Below are positions 1 through 10,648 of a stretch of 64,000 bases of DNA, piece by piece. The notes below the pieces were generated by a model. The model did no database searches, was not told the DNA's origin, and saw only the letters and a list, made by a program, of their open reading frames with translations. Both the position numbers and the translations under genes were made by a program. Source of the stretch: Gemmatimonadota bacterium (lineage in GTDB: Bacteria; Gemmatimonadota; Gemmatimonadetes; Gemmatimonadales; GWC2-71-9); the NCBI GenBank assembly GCA_036679645.1, contig JAZDCY010000033.1, positions 4,387-68,386 of the forward strand, in the 5' to 3' direction. Each line of letters starts with the position of its first letter. The first letter of the stretch is position 1.

Positions 1-107
1 TCTCGCTCGCTCACGTCCGGCTGGCGCAGTAGACGAGTCCCCTGAGCCGTGGCGGATGACGAAATGAGGGCTGACGCAATCGCGAACAAGACGGTCGTGC
101 GGATCAT
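1..107 (-). CDS. Secreted protein, N-terminal fragment; the gene runs off the left edge
   Basis: ATG at 107 on the minus strand. Translation MIRTTVLFAIASALISSSATAQGTRLLRQPDVSER looks like a signal peptide. Absent from the ORF track because there is no stop in the window. Confidence 0.45.
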   Translation of the reverse strand, partial: MIRTTVLFAIASALISSSATAQGTRLLRQPDVSER

Positions 108-261
108 GGCATCACACCGGGTTACGGATGACAAAGCTGGCACCAGTACGAACGTACGCCTGCGGTAGGGGGCTGGCTAGCTGCGCCAGCCTTCCGCACG
201 GCTCGCTCGACCGACAACTTTACCGGGACCGGTCACAGCCCCTACGCCTTTCGAGGACGCG

Positions 262-2043
262 ATGCAACCGAACGCCACCTTCCGTTTCCGTGCCGCCATT
301 GTGTTGAGCGCGATGCTCGTCCCCGCACTGATGCCCGCTCAGGGCGTGGACAGCATCCACGAAACGCTGCACGCGATCTTCCGGGACGCCTGGGAGTTCA
401 ATCTTCGCGAGAACCCGCTTCTTGCCACTTCGGTAGGAGAGAACGCGTACAACGACCGCTTGCCTTCCAACACACGTGACGACCTGGAGCGACGCGCCGA
501 GTTCCGCCGGACACTGCTCGAGCGACTCTCCGCGATTGACAGGGCCGCCCTAGAAGAGGCGGACCGCGTCAGCTACGACATGTTCGAGCGGGACGTCCGC
601 GATTGGCTGACCGAGTTTGCCTTCGGAGCATATGAGATGCCGGTCACCTCTGAGACCGGATTCCATACAGGGCTCGCGTCATTGCCACGCACGATGCCTT
701 TTCGCAACATTCGCGACTACGAGAACTACATCGCTCGGCTCCGCGCGATGCCGGCGTACTTTGCGCAACAGATCGAGCACATGCGTGCGGGTCTCGCCCG
801 GGGGTTCAGTCAACCCGCGGTCGTCCTTGCAGGATTGATCCCCTCGATCGAGGCACACGTCGTGGGCGATCCCGCCGAGAGCGTCTTCCTCGCGCCGTTC
901 GAGCGGTTCCCTCAGTCGGTCATCGAGGACGAACACAGCCGCCTCCGCGCGGAGGGACGCGCGGCTATCATGGAAGCCGTCGTTCCCGCCTATCGTGCCT
1001 TTCTTACGTTCATGCGCGACGAGTACATCCTGGGGACACGTGAGACACTCGGCGCGTCCGAGCTACCGGATGGCCGCGCGTACTACCAGTACCTCGTTCG
1101 CCATTTCACGACCGTCGACATCACGCCGGAGGAGGTGTACGAGATCGGCCTCCGTGAGGTCTCACGGATTCGGGCTCAGATGGAGGCGATCATCGCGGAC
1201 GTCGAATTCGGCGGCAGCTTTGCCGATTTCCTCGAGTTTCTTCGCACCGATCCGCAGTTTTACGCGGAGACCCCGGAGGACCTGCTGAAGGAGGCGTCGT
1301 ACATCGCGAAGCGGATGGATGCCATGCTTCCGTCGTTGTTTGGGCGGCTCCCGCGACAACCTTACGGTGTGGCACCAGTGCCCGCCCATCTGGCCCCGAA
1401 CTACACCGGCGGCCGGTATGTAGGTTCACCACCCAGCAGTTCGCGGCCCGGATACTACTGGGTGAACACTTACGGGCTCGAAAGCCGGCCGCTCTACACG
1501 CTGCCCGCGCTCACGCTGCACGAGGCGGTTCCCGGACATCACCTCCAGGGCGCCTTGTCGGACGAACTCGAGGGGCTGCCGAACTTCCGCCGCTACGGCT
1601 ACATCAACGCGTTTGGTGAGGGATGGGGTCTGTACTCGGAGTGGCTCGGCATTGAGGCGGGGATCTATTTGACGCCGTACGAGAACTTCGGCAGGCTCAC
1701 CTATGAAATGTGGCGCGCCTGTCGGCTGGTCGTGGACACCGGCATACATGCCATGGGTTGGACACGCCAACAGGTGCTCGACTACCTCGCGTCGAACACG
1801 GCTCTCTCCTTGCACGAGGTCCAGACGGAAACCGACCGATACATCTCGTGGCCGGGCCAGGCTCTGGCCTACAAGATGGGCGAGCTCAAGATCCGCGAGC
1901 TGCGCGACGAGGCCGAAGAGCGGCTCGGCACGCGCTTTGACGTTCGGGCATTTCACGACGTCGTGTTGTCAAACGGTTCTGTTCCGCTATCCGTCCTCGA
2001 GGATCAGGTTCGCGCGTACATCGCACACCAGCTCGATAACTGA
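262..2043 (+). CDS. DUF885 family protein (putative secreted metallopeptidase-like)
   Basis: 593 aa ORF with an N-terminal signal-like segment, an HEAVPGHH motif and DUF885-type sequence throughout. Confidence 0.85.
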   Translation: MQPNATFRFRAAIVLSAMLVPALMPAQGVDSIHETLHAIFRDAWEFNLRENPLLATSVGENAYNDRLPSNTRDDLERRAEFRRTLLERLSAIDRAALEEADRVSYDMFERDVRDWLTEFAFGAYEMPVTSETGFHTGLASLPRTMPFRNIRDYENYIARLRAMPAYFAQQIEHMRAGLARGFSQPAVVLAGLIPSIEAHVVGDPAESVFLAPFERFPQSVIEDEHSRLRAEGRAAIMEAVVPAYRAFLTFMRDEYILGTRETLGASELPDGRAYYQYLVRHFTTVDITPEEVYEIGLREVSRIRAQMEAIIADVEFGGSFADFLEFLRTDPQFYAETPEDLLKEASYIAKRMDAMLPSLFGRLPRQPYGVAPVPAHLAPNYTGGRYVGSPPSSSRPGYYWVNTYGLESRPLYTLPALTLHEAVPGHHLQGALSDELEGLPNFRRYGYINAFGEGWGLYSEWLGIEAGIYLTPYENFGRLTYEMWRACRLVVDTGIHAMGWTRQQVLDYLASNTALSLHEVQTETDRYISWPGQALAYKMGELKIRELRDEAEERLGTRFDVRAFHDVVLSNGSVPLSVLEDQVRAYIAHQLDN

Positions 2044-2119
2044 ATCTTCACCCACTCAAATCCGCGTTCACAGGAAATCATCCGCGGCAGGAATCATCCG
2101 CGGCAGAGAGGACCCAACA

Positions 2120-2401
2120 ATGGCCGGCTCCAACCATACCCATGCGTATTGGAAGCTCAACCTGACCTACGTGGGCGCGCTGCTCGCGGTGTGGTTCATC
2201 GTGTCTTACGGGTTCGGCATTCTCCTGGTCGAGCAGCTCAACACCATACGTATTGGCGGTTTTCAGCTCGGTTTCTGGTTTGCGCAACAGGGGTCGATCT
2301 ATGTCTTCGTCGTCCTGATCTTCGTCTACGTCTTCCTGATGAACCGGCTGGACCGCGCGTTCGATGTGTACGAGAACGACGACGAGGGTGACGCTCAATG
2401 A
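2120..2401 (+). CDS. DUF4212 small membrane subunit associated with sodium:solute symporters
   Basis: In-frame ATG at 2120 gives MAGSNHTHAYWKLNLTYVGALLAVWF... with two TM segments. Its stop overlaps the start of the downstream symporter (ATGA). Confidence 0.8.
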   Translation: MAGSNHTHAYWKLNLTYVGALLAVWFIVSYGFGILLVEQLNTIRIGGFQLGFWFAQQGSIYVFVVLIFVYVFLMNRLDRAFDVYENDDEGDAQ

Positions 2402-4043
2402 ACGTTGGCGCGTGGACGTTCGTCATGGTCGCGGTATCGTTCGCGCTCTACATCGGTGTCGCGATCTGGTCGCGAGCGCGATCGACGGGAGAGTTCTACG
2501 TCGCCGGTGCGCGTGTGCCGCCCGTGCTCAACGGCATGGCGACCGCCGCCGACTGGATGAGCGCCGCGTCTTTCATCTCGATGGCCGGGCTCATTGCCTT
2601 CATGGGTCGGGACGGCTCCGTCTACCTCATGGGATGGACCGGCGGGTACGTACTGCTGGCACTGCTGCTGGCGCCTTACTTGCGGAAGTTCGGGAAATAC
2701 ACCGTCCCCGATTTCGTAGGCGACCGCTACTACTCACAGACTGCGCGGATCGTCGCGGTCGTGTGCGCGCTTTTCATATCGTTCACTTACGTCGCCGGTC
2801 AGATGCGCGGCGTCGGTATCGTGTTCTCGCGGTTCCTGGGCGTCGACATCAATCTCGGTGTCATGATCGGGATGGGGATCGTGTTCTTCTACGCGGTACT
2901 CGGCGGGATGAAGGGCATCACCTACACGCAGGTGGTGCAGTATTGTGTGCTCATCTTCGCGTATCTCGTTCCCGCAATCTTCATCTCGCTCCTCGTCACG
3001 GGTATTGCCATTCCGCAACTCGGGTTCGGCGCAACGGTCGCGGACGGCGGTGGTTTCCTGCTCGACCGCCTGGACGGTCTCACCGAGCAGCTCGGCTTTG
3101 GCGCCTACACGGACGGGAGAAAGGGGACGCTGGACGTCTTTTTCATCACGGCGGCCCTCATGGTGGGCACCGCAGGACTGCCGCACGTCATCGTGCGATT
3201 CTACACGGTTCCCAAGGTGCGGCACGCTCGCAGCTCTGCCGGGTGGGCGCTGCTCTTCATTGCCCTGCTGTACACGACGGCGCCGGCAGTCGCGGCGTTT
3301 GCGCGTACCAACCTGCTCAACACCGTCTCGGAGACTCCGTACGAAGATGTTCCCGCGTGGTTCACCAACTGGGAGGCGACGGGGCTCATCAGCTTCGACG
3401 ACAAGAACGGCGATGGCGTCATTCAGTACACCGGCCCCGCATCTGACACACCCAACGAGCTTTTCATCGACCGCGACATCATCGTGCTTGCCAACCCCGA
3501 GATCGCGCGGCTGCCCGCGTGGGTGGTGGGGCTCGTCGCGGCGGGTGGGCTTGCGGCCGCGCTCTCGACCGCAGCCGGCCTCCTGCTCGTCATCTCGACA
3601 TCCGTCGCGCACGACCTGCTCAAGAAATCCATCAAGCCTACAATCACCGAAAAGGGTGAGCTGCTTACGGCGCGCATTGCGGCCGGGGTGGCGGTGTTGA
3701 GTTTGGTCTTGCGGCGGCGTCGTTCTTCCCCGCCATCATACTCGGGATCTTCACCAAACGCATGAACAAGTATGGCGCGGTGAGCGGTATGATCACCGGG
3801 ATCGGTTTCACCGCATCGTATATCGTCTACTTCAAGCTCATGCACCCCGAACTGAACACAGCCGGGCACTGGTGGTTCGGCGTGTCACCCGAAGGAATCG
3901 GCACACTCGGGATGCTGATCAACGTGGCGGTCGCGCTGACGGTCGCGTACTTCACGCCGCCCCCACCTGCACACATTCAGCGATTGGTCGAGGAGATTCG
4001 TGTTCCGCGGGGAGCCGGACCAGCGCACGAAGTGTCGGCCTAG
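2398..4043 (+). pseudogene. Sodium:solute symporter (ActP/VC_2705-like), disrupted by an internal out-of-frame deletion
   Basis: ORF 2398..3765 and ORF 3762..4043 are two parts of one SSS transporter. Frame 1 reads ...ARIAAGVAV, then the sequence continues in another frame as FGLAAASFFPAIILGIFTKRMNK. About 20 aa of the expected TM helix and loop are missing near 3690-3700. Confidence 0.8.
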
Positions 4044-4073
4044 AGCTCGCCCGTTCGCGCTGCGGCACCGCAC

Positions 4074-4427
4074 ATGCTGGAAATCAATTGGGTGCCCCTC
4101 GTCGGGGCGCTTGTCGTCAAGAAGGACGTTTGGGATCGGATCCCGGACACCGTGCGGGACCAACTGCTCGCGGCGGCTCGCCAAGCCGGCGCCGAAATAC
4201 ATGAGGCCGGCCGGAACGAGAGCGACGAAGCGGTGGAGACAATGAAGACCCGGTGGAACTTGCAGGTGCAACCGGTCGAGCCGGGGGGAGAGCTCGAGAC
4301 CGAGTGGCGGAGCCGGGCGGAGGCCGCCTACCCGCGCATTCGTGGCAGTATCGTTCCCGCCGAGATCTTCGACGAGGTACAACGCCTATTGCACGAGTAC
4401 CGAGAAGCGTCAGAAAGATCTCACTAG
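4074..4427 (+). pseudogene. TRAP transporter solute-binding protein DctP, C-terminal remnant only
   Basis: The 117 aa match only the C-terminal third of DctP-family proteins (...VVKKDVWDRIPDTVRDQLLAAARQAGAE...). There is no signal peptide and it starts 30 nt after the symporter stop. Confidence 0.7.
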
Positions 4428-4462
4428 TGTCCGCGGAAGGCACCCCTCCGACGAATCAACCG

Positions 4463-6505
4463 ATGGAGAAGCCTTCCCAAAGTCGCCTCGAGAGCGCTCC
4501 CGCGCCCAAGGAGCCTCTCGAGCGCCAGTCGCAGAGCATCCAAATAGCAGAAGTGTCTATCGAGCCGTCGGAGAAGCTGGCGGGATGGCGGCTGCTGCTG
4601 CGGAACGGCGAGAACCTGCTGGTCACCCTCGTGCTCTCGGTGATGATGCTCGTCCCGCTAGCGCAGGCCCTCCTTCGCAAGGTGTTCGACACCGGCATCA
4701 CCGGAGCGAACACGATCACGCAGTCCATGGTCCTCATCGTCGGAATGCTCGGCGGCGCCCTGGCCGCGCGCGACGGACGACTGCTGGCTCTCTCCACGCT
4801 CAGAATCGTGCTCACGGGACGCTGGAGACAGGCGGTGCTGGTCTACAGCAACGCGTTCGCCGTCGCCATTGGAGCGCTGCTGTGTGTGGCAAGCGCGCGG
4901 TACGTCATGAGCGCCGTCCCCCTCGGGAATACCCTGCTGTACGGCATACCCGAATGGGTCTTGCAACTGATCATGCCCTTAGGCTTCGCGGCGATCACGT
5001 TGCGTCTCGCCTGGCGCGCCGCCGACAGTAAGCGCGGCGTGGCTATAGCGGTGCTGCTCGCTGTGGCAGTCGTCCTCATCGGAGTTTTTCCCCCGATCGC
5101 GCCCCGAGCTTTGGTCACGCCGGCCCTGACGTTGCTGATCGTCGCGGCGGCGCTGGGTGCGCCAATCTTCACCGTGCTCGGCGGGGCCGCGTTGATCCTC
5201 TTTTGGGGTGCGCGGAGTCCCATCGCCTCGATCGCACTGGACCATTACAACCTCGTGGTCAACCCGTCCCTCGCGGCTATTCCGCTCTTCACCCTCGCCG
5301 GATATTTCCTGGCGGAAGGAGGAGCCTCGAGGAGGCTAATTGCCGTTTTCCAAGCTCTGGTAGGCGGATTCCGGGGTGGCCCGGCAATCCTCACGGCGTT
5401 AGTCTGCGCGTTTTTTACCAGCTTCACCGGTGCGTCGGGCGTGACGATCCTCGCGCTGGGCGCTCTCTTGATGCCGGTACTACTCGCCGCGAAATACTCG
5501 GAACGCAACGCGATCGGTCTCTTGACGGGAGCCGGGTCGCTGGGCCTGTTGTTCCCGCCGGCCCTGCCACTGATCCTCTACGCGATCGTGGCGTCCCAGA
5601 CTCGGGGCGCCGGCGTGACGCTCGAGCAAATGTTTCTTGGCGGTTTACTCCCCGGAGCGGTGTTGGTGACCCTGACCGCCATCTGGGGCGTGATGCAAGC
5701 CCCGGCCAAAGACACTGCACGGCCACACTTTGACGCAACGGCGCTCGGCCGCGCCGTTTGGAACGCCAAGTGGGAACTACTCCTTCCGATCGTTGCGCTT
5801 GGCGCGCTCTTCGGGGGGTTCGCGACTCCGGTAGAAGCGGCGGCGATCACCGCCTTCTACGCTTTCATCGTGGAGACGCTGATCTACCGGGACTTGAAAC
5901 TCGTCACCGACGTACCGCGGGTGATGGCGGAGTGCGGCCTCTTGGTGGGCGGAGTGTTGCTCATCCTCGGTGTCGCCATGGGGTTCACCAACTACCTGAT
6001 CTTCGCACAGATCCCCGACCGGGCCGTCGAATGGGTGCAGGCGTCGATCGAATCCCGTTGGGTGTTCCTTCTCATGCTCAACGGCTTCCTGCTTCTCGTC
6101 GGTTGTCTCATGGACATCTTCTCGGCCATCATCGTAGTTGTTCCGCTCATCGTTCCCGTGGGGATTGCGATGGGGATCGACCCGGTACACCTGGGCATCA
6201 TCTTTCTCGCCAACATGGAACTGGGGTACCTCACGCCCCCGGTGGGCATGAACCTGTTTCTCTCGGCCTATCGCTTCGGCAAGCCGGTCCCTATGGTGAT
6301 GCGGTCGGTAATCCCGATGTTCATCGTGCTGCTGCTAGGAGTGCTGCTGATCACGTATATCCCGGGACGTGATCGCACCTCGGCGTGTTCGAGGATCCCG
6401 GATCTCCAGGGAATCCGCCACTCACCCAGCTCTACTTTGCGAGGACCGATTGAGAGTCCTGGCGAATCCGAGGCGTTGTCTGTCATGAGTCGAGCGAGTG
6501 TGTAG
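4463..6505 (+). CDS. TRAP transporter fused DctQ-DctM permease
   Basis: Start chosen at the MEKPSQ ATG (4463). A small DctQ-like N-terminal part is followed by a DctM 12-TM core. The last 45 aa or so after ...LLITYIPG are non-membrane and atypical. Confidence 0.8.
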   Translation: MEKPSQSRLESAPAPKEPLERQSQSIQIAEVSIEPSEKLAGWRLLLRNGENLLVTLVLSVMMLVPLAQALLRKVFDTGITGANTITQSMVLIVGMLGGALAARDGRLLALSTLRIVLTGRWRQAVLVYSNAFAVAIGALLCVASARYVMSAVPLGNTLLYGIPEWVLQLIMPLGFAAITLRLAWRAADSKRGVAIAVLLAVAVVLIGVFPPIAPRALVTPALTLLIVAAALGAPIFTVLGGAALILFWGARSPIASIALDHYNLVVNPSLAAIPLFTLAGYFLAEGGASRRLIAVFQALVGGFRGGPAILTALVCAFFTSFTGASGVTILALGALLMPVLLAAKYSERNAIGLLTGAGSLGLLFPPALPLILYAIVASQTRGAGVTLEQMFLGGLLPGAVLVTLTAIWGVMQAPAKDTARPHFDATALGRAVWNAKWELLLPIVALGALFGGFATPVEAAAITAFYAFIVETLIYRDLKLVTDVPRVMAECGLLVGGVLLILGVAMGFTNYLIFAQIPDRAVEWVQASIESRWVFLLMLNGFLLLVGCLMDIFSAIIVVVPLIVPVGIAMGIDPVHLGIIFLANMELGYLTPPVGMNLFLSAYRFGKPVPMVMRSVIPMFIVLLLGVLLITYIPGRDRTSACSRIPDLQGIRHSPSSTLRGPIESPGESEALSVMSRASV

Positions 6506-6532
6506 ATTGGAGGGCCATGGAGGAGGGTATGG

Positions 6533-6793
6533 ATGGAGCGGCCCGAATGGTGGGAGTGGGATCTCGCCTTCACTGCGCACGTCGAGAGCCGCATGGAGGA
6601 ACGTGCCCTCTCGGAAGTGGAGCTGAGAGCGATGCTGGATGCCGCGACGGAACTCCTCCCGTCGTTGAGACGCGGACGGTGGATCGCGCACGCGCGCTAC
6701 GCCGGGCGAGCTTGGGCCGTGGTCGTGGAGCCCGACGAAGACGAACAACTAATCTACGTAGTGACCGCCTACAGGCGGGAGATTGAGACATGA
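6533..6793 (+). CDS. DUF4258 domain protein (putative toxin)
   Basis: 86 aa ORF with a 4-nt ATGA overlap with the following DUF2283 gene, a typical two-gene TA-like layout. Confidence 0.65.
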   Translation: MERPEWWEWDLAFTAHVESRMEERALSEVELRAMLDAATELLPSLRRGRWIAHARYAGRAWAVVVEPDEDEQLIYVVTAYRREIET

Positions 6794-7059
6794 GCACGAT
6801 TTCTCTCCAAGTGACCTACCGAAAGGGGCAACCCTTCGCCGCCTATATTTACCTGACTCGGCACCCTGGCGAAAAGAGTGCTCGGACGGAGCACGTGACG
6901 TCGGACCTTATCGTAGATTACGCGGCCGACGGGCGCCCGCTCGGCATCGAGATTGTCACGCCTGAGGCGGTGCCGACTGAGGACATCTTGAGGGTCTTCG
7001 ATGGCCTCGGGCTGGGGAGGCCCGCGGACGCCGAGTTGGCACCGCTTCGAGCGGCCTGA
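6790..7059 (+). CDS. DUF2283 domain protein (putative antitoxin partner)
   Basis: 89 aa, with ...AAYIYL...DYAADGRPLGIEI... typical of DUF2283. Translationally coupled to the DUF4258 gene. Confidence 0.7.
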   Translation: MSTISLQVTYRKGQPFAAYIYLTRHPGEKSARTEHVTSDLIVDYAADGRPLGIEIVTPEAVPTEDILRVFDGLGLGRPADAELAPLRAA

Positions 7060-7139
7060 CACTAGCCTAGCCGCCTTAGGCACTGGCCACCCTCAGACGG
7101 GTACGCCATATTAGGGCCGCTGCCAGCGCGGAGCCCCAT

Positions 7140-8636
7140 GTGTCGGATGTGCTGGACCGCCTCAAAGTTGCCCTAGCGGAGCGATACCGCGTCGAGCGCG
7201 AGATCGCCGCAGGCGGTATGGCGACGGTCTACCTCGCGCACGATCTCAAACACAACCGCAAGGTTGCCATCAAGGTCTTCCGCCCCGAACTCGGTGCGGC
7301 TCTCGGTAGCGAACGCTTCCTCAGAGAAATCGAAGTCACCGCAGGTCTGAACCACCCGCACATTCTCCCATTGCTCGACTCGGGTCGTGCACAGGGACTG
7401 CTCTACTACGTCATGCCGCTCGTCGAGGGGGAGTCACTGCGCGATCGGATCTCGCGGGAAAAGCAGCTGCCCGTCGATGAGGCTATTAGGCTTGCCCGCG
7501 AAGTCGCGGCCGCGCTGAGCTATGCGCACTCCCAGGGAGTCATTCACCGGGACATCAAGCCAGAGAACATACTCCTGTCACATGGCGAGGCCATCGTGGC
7601 GGACTTTGGGATTGCGGCGGCGGTTTCTGTTGCGGGCGGTGAGAGACTCACCGAGACGGGGCTGGCCATCGGAACCCCGGCCTACATGTCACCTGAGCAA
7701 GGGACCAGCGAGGGCAACGTCGATCCCCGAAGCGACATCTACTCGCTCAGCTGTGTGCTATATGAAATGCTCGCCGGACAGCCACCGTTCACAGCGCCAA
7801 GTGCCCAAGCCGTTCTCGCCAGACACGCCATTGATGCTGTGCCAAGCCTCCGTACCCTGCGGAGTACTGTGCCCGACTACGTTGAGGCCACGATTGAACA
7901 GGCGCTCTCGAAAACGCCCGCCGATCGCTTCTCGACCGCGACCGGATTCGCGGAGGCGCTCGCAGGAGAAGACTGGACACCCACACCAGAACCCACCCAC
8001 CCGCGCTGGATTCGGAGGCGAAAGATGCTGTTGGGCGTCTCGCTCGGTGTTGTTCTGGTGATCGCTGCTATGTGGCTGGTCCAGTGGGGCAACGCGATTA
8101 TCGGCGACTCTGCCGCGGTGACTATTCTCCCTTTCGAGAGCTACGGAGCGGGACTCAGGATCCTCTCGGCGGAGCCGTCTCCGGGATCGGTGATAAGCAC
8201 CTCAGATCTCGCCAACGGCGTTCCGGTTCGAGTTGTGGTTGAACATTCCTTCCGCGGCTCCGAGACATCAGACATTGGATCTCGGTGGCGACTTGATCTC
8301 ATAGTGGTGATGGCGCACGAGGATGAACTCGGTTATCGATCCTACGAGCTGGACTCCAGGGAAGTGACTCGGGCGACTCGCCAACTTGCACTTACTGGAA
8401 GGTTGAGAGCACGTCACGTCTTCGAAAATCGGATCACGTTAGAGGCCATCCTACGAAATGAACTCGACTGCCCTACTCCTCTTCCGGAGGCCAGGGAACG
8501 ATCTGATCCAGGCGAAGAACATTGCTATCAAATGGGCTACGAGGGCATGGTGCTCATCGAATACATTGTCAGCGATGATCGCCAGTTTTCTCGCGGGCTG
8601 TCAGCGAATCACGTACTACCGGCAGGCAATGACTGA
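7140..8636 (+). CDS. Ser/Thr protein kinase with a TM segment and an uncharacterised extracytoplasmic C-terminal domain
   Basis: GTG start. Kinase motifs VAIK, HRDIKPEN, DFG and SPE are present. TM segment around residues 296-316. The C-terminal 180 aa or so have no recognisable family. Confidence 0.9.
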   Translation: MSDVLDRLKVALAERYRVEREIAAGGMATVYLAHDLKHNRKVAIKVFRPELGAALGSERFLREIEVTAGLNHPHILPLLDSGRAQGLLYYVMPLVEGESLRDRISREKQLPVDEAIRLAREVAAALSYAHSQGVIHRDIKPENILLSHGEAIVADFGIAAAVSVAGGERLTETGLAIGTPAYMSPEQGTSEGNVDPRSDIYSLSCVLYEMLAGQPPFTAPSAQAVLARHAIDAVPSLRTLRSTVPDYVEATIEQALSKTPADRFSTATGFAEALAGEDWTPTPEPTHPRWIRRRKMLLGVSLGVVLVIAAMWLVQWGNAIIGDSAAVTILPFESYGAGLRILSAEPSPGSVISTSDLANGVPVRVVVEHSFRGSETSDIGSRWRLDLIVVMAHEDELGYRSYELDSREVTRATRQLALTGRLRARHVFENRITLEAILRNELDCPTPLPEARERSDPGEEHCYQMGYEGMVLIEYIVSDDRQFSRGLSANHVLPAGND

Positions 8637-8654
8637 CTGCGGAAGGAGGCCAAC

Positions 8655-9260
8655 ATGCATCCGGCAAGAGTAGGAATCTTGATCGTTTTGGGGTTACTGC
8701 TCGCGGCATGCCTCAGCGCCGTACGCACCCTGCATCCCCTCTTCGCCGACGACGAGCTCGTCTTTGACCCAGCGATCCTCGGCTCGTGGATCTTCGTGGA
8801 TGCCGATGACATCGACTCCCTCACCTTCGCGACCTCGAGCGACGAGCGACTCTACACCGTTCGAGTAAGCGGGGACTACGAGACCCTGGATTTCGACGTA
8901 CGCTTGGGGCGGCTCGGCGGCAACCTCTTCCTCGACTTGTCAGCCCCGGAACCCGAGGGCTACTTCGCGGTGCCGGTGCACATGTTCTGTAAAATAGGAT
9001 TCGAGCCTGACGTCATGAGTCTGAACTGTCTCGACGAGGAGTGGCTCGGCCGAGGGCTCCTGGCGGGTGACTTCGAGCTTCCCTACGAGCTGCTCTTCCG
9101 CAGCGAGGACGACACGGCAATGGTCGTGACGGCATCGACCGCCCAACTGCAGGAATTCATCATCGACCACGCTAGCGATCCAGACGCGTTCGGCGATCCG
9201 GAAGAGCTACGGCGGCCGCCGCAGTGGGAAAGAGTGGGCGACAAACGATTTGAGATTTGA
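8655..9260 (+). CDS. Hypothetical lipoprotein
   Basis: Lipobox-like LLLAAC after a hydrophobic N-terminus. 201 aa with no recognisable family. Confidence 0.55.
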   Translation: MHPARVGILIVLGLLLAACLSAVRTLHPLFADDELVFDPAILGSWIFVDADDIDSLTFATSSDERLYTVRVSGDYETLDFDVRLGRLGGNLFLDLSAPEPEGYFAVPVHMFCKIGFEPDVMSLNCLDEEWLGRGLLAGDFELPYELLFRSEDDTAMVVTASTAQLQEFIIDHASDPDAFGDPEELRRPPQWERVGDKRFEI

Positions 9261-9330
9261 GATTGGAGTTTTGAGATAGGACACCGGCCACAATCGCCAT
9301 TCTCTATTCTCCAATCTCTATTCTCCAATC
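9247..9330. terminator. Low-GC imperfect hairpin and tandem 14-mer between convergent genes
   Basis: GAGATTGGAG (9261-9270) pairs with CTCCAATCTC (9309-9318). TCTCTATTCTCCAA occurs twice in tandem (9301-9328). Lies between the lipoprotein stop (9260) and the amidohydrolase stop (9351). Confidence 0.5.
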
Positions 9331-9350
9331 GCTAAAGCATCCCGCTTCAG

Positions 9351-10524
9351 TCAATACGCGGACCGATCAACTACGACAACTCCGTCACTGACCACCATCA
9401 GCACATCTTGAAACGCCCCGATGTCATCGAGCGGGTTCCGTTCCAGCACAATGATATCCGCGTCGAGCCCGACGGCGATTCGGCCGGTGCCCGAATCGCT
9501 TCGAGCGGGCTCATGCCGATCCCGACCAACTCCATCAACTCATGACTCAGGCGGAGCACGCTCTCGGACCGTACCCGGTATCCGTAGCCGCCACCATTCT
9601 GACACCCCGCGCCCGTGCGCGCGCCGCCATGTCGCGCACACGCGGGAGCATGTGCCGGCCACGGATGTTGAGCACCGCATTGTCGTAGTCGCCACCGGGA
9701 ATCGTCAGATCCGCCACTACCGCGATCGTGGGCACGAGAAACGTGCCGCGGCTCACCATCAAGTCCAGCGTTTCGTCACTGAGGTACGTCCCGTGCTCGA
9801 TGCTACGTACACCCGCCGCGACTGCCGCGCGTCCCCCGGTATCTCCGTGTGCATGGGCCGCCACGGGGATGCCGGCACGCTCTCCCTCCTCGACAAGGGC
9901 GCGCAGTTCGGTCTCGTCGTAGAAGGGCTTGCGCGGATCGGTTTCGGGAAGCCCCGCACGCTCCGTTGCATTCGTCTTGATGAAATTCACGCCGTGCTCG
10001 ATCATCACGCGCGCCAGGCGGCGCATGGCCTCCTCACCGTGCACGCCCGATTCCAGCAGATCGGTGAGTTCGGGTACGTCCATGAACAGCTGGTCCGCCG
10101 GGCGCGGGCGGACGTGATATCCGGCAGCGATGATCTCGGGAGACTCGATGGCGCCGGCACGCTGTAGCTCACGCAGACCGACGTCCGCGAAGTGTGATGT
10201 CCCCATGCTCCGAGCGGTTGTGACACCGGAACGCAGCGCGCGACGCGCGGCGGCGAAGCTGGAGATATGTACGTGGGCGTCGATGAGGCCCGGCAAGAGA
10301 TACCGACCGGATAACTCGATCACGCGCATGCCGTCGGGCCGAACGGCGCCGCGTTCGATACGCGCGATCCTTCCATCCACGACGATGACGGTGGCGTCGG
10401 TGATTGGCTCGTCACTGGCGGGATCGATTACGGTCACCCCCACGAGCGCCACGTCCTCCTGCGCCGGTGCGGGACGTGCCACGAGTACTGGAAGCAGGAG
10501 TCCGAGCAGGTAAAGGCGCGACAT
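9351..10524 (-). pseudogene. Amidohydrolase family protein (imidazolonepropionase/prolidase-like), 3' part broken by two frame changes
   Basis: Start MSRLYLLGLLLPVLV (signal peptide) at 10524. The annotated frame ends at ...DTGYGPRACSA (9547). Two other frames continue the homology: ESVLRLSHELMELVGIGMSPLEAIRA, then RIAVGLDADIIVLERNPLDDIGAFQDVLMVVSDGVVVVDRSAY, with the stop at 9351. Confidence 0.75.
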
Positions 10525-10548
10525 GTGCAGCTCTCCGGGGAAGCGAGT

Positions 10549-10586
10549 GATTGCAGATTTCAGATTGCAGATTGCAGATTGCAGAT
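10549..10586. repeat. Tandem heptamer (GATTGCA) x5
   Basis: Reads gattgca gatttca gattgca gattgca gattgca gatcc. Sits in the divergent promoter region between the amidohydrolase (start 10524, minus) and the methyltransferase (start 10649, plus). Confidence 0.8.
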
Positions 10587-10648
10587 CCGACCGCCAATCG
10601 GCAAGTTGCCTCCCTTCCCCCCGGTCCGACGAGTTCCTAGTTTCGGTG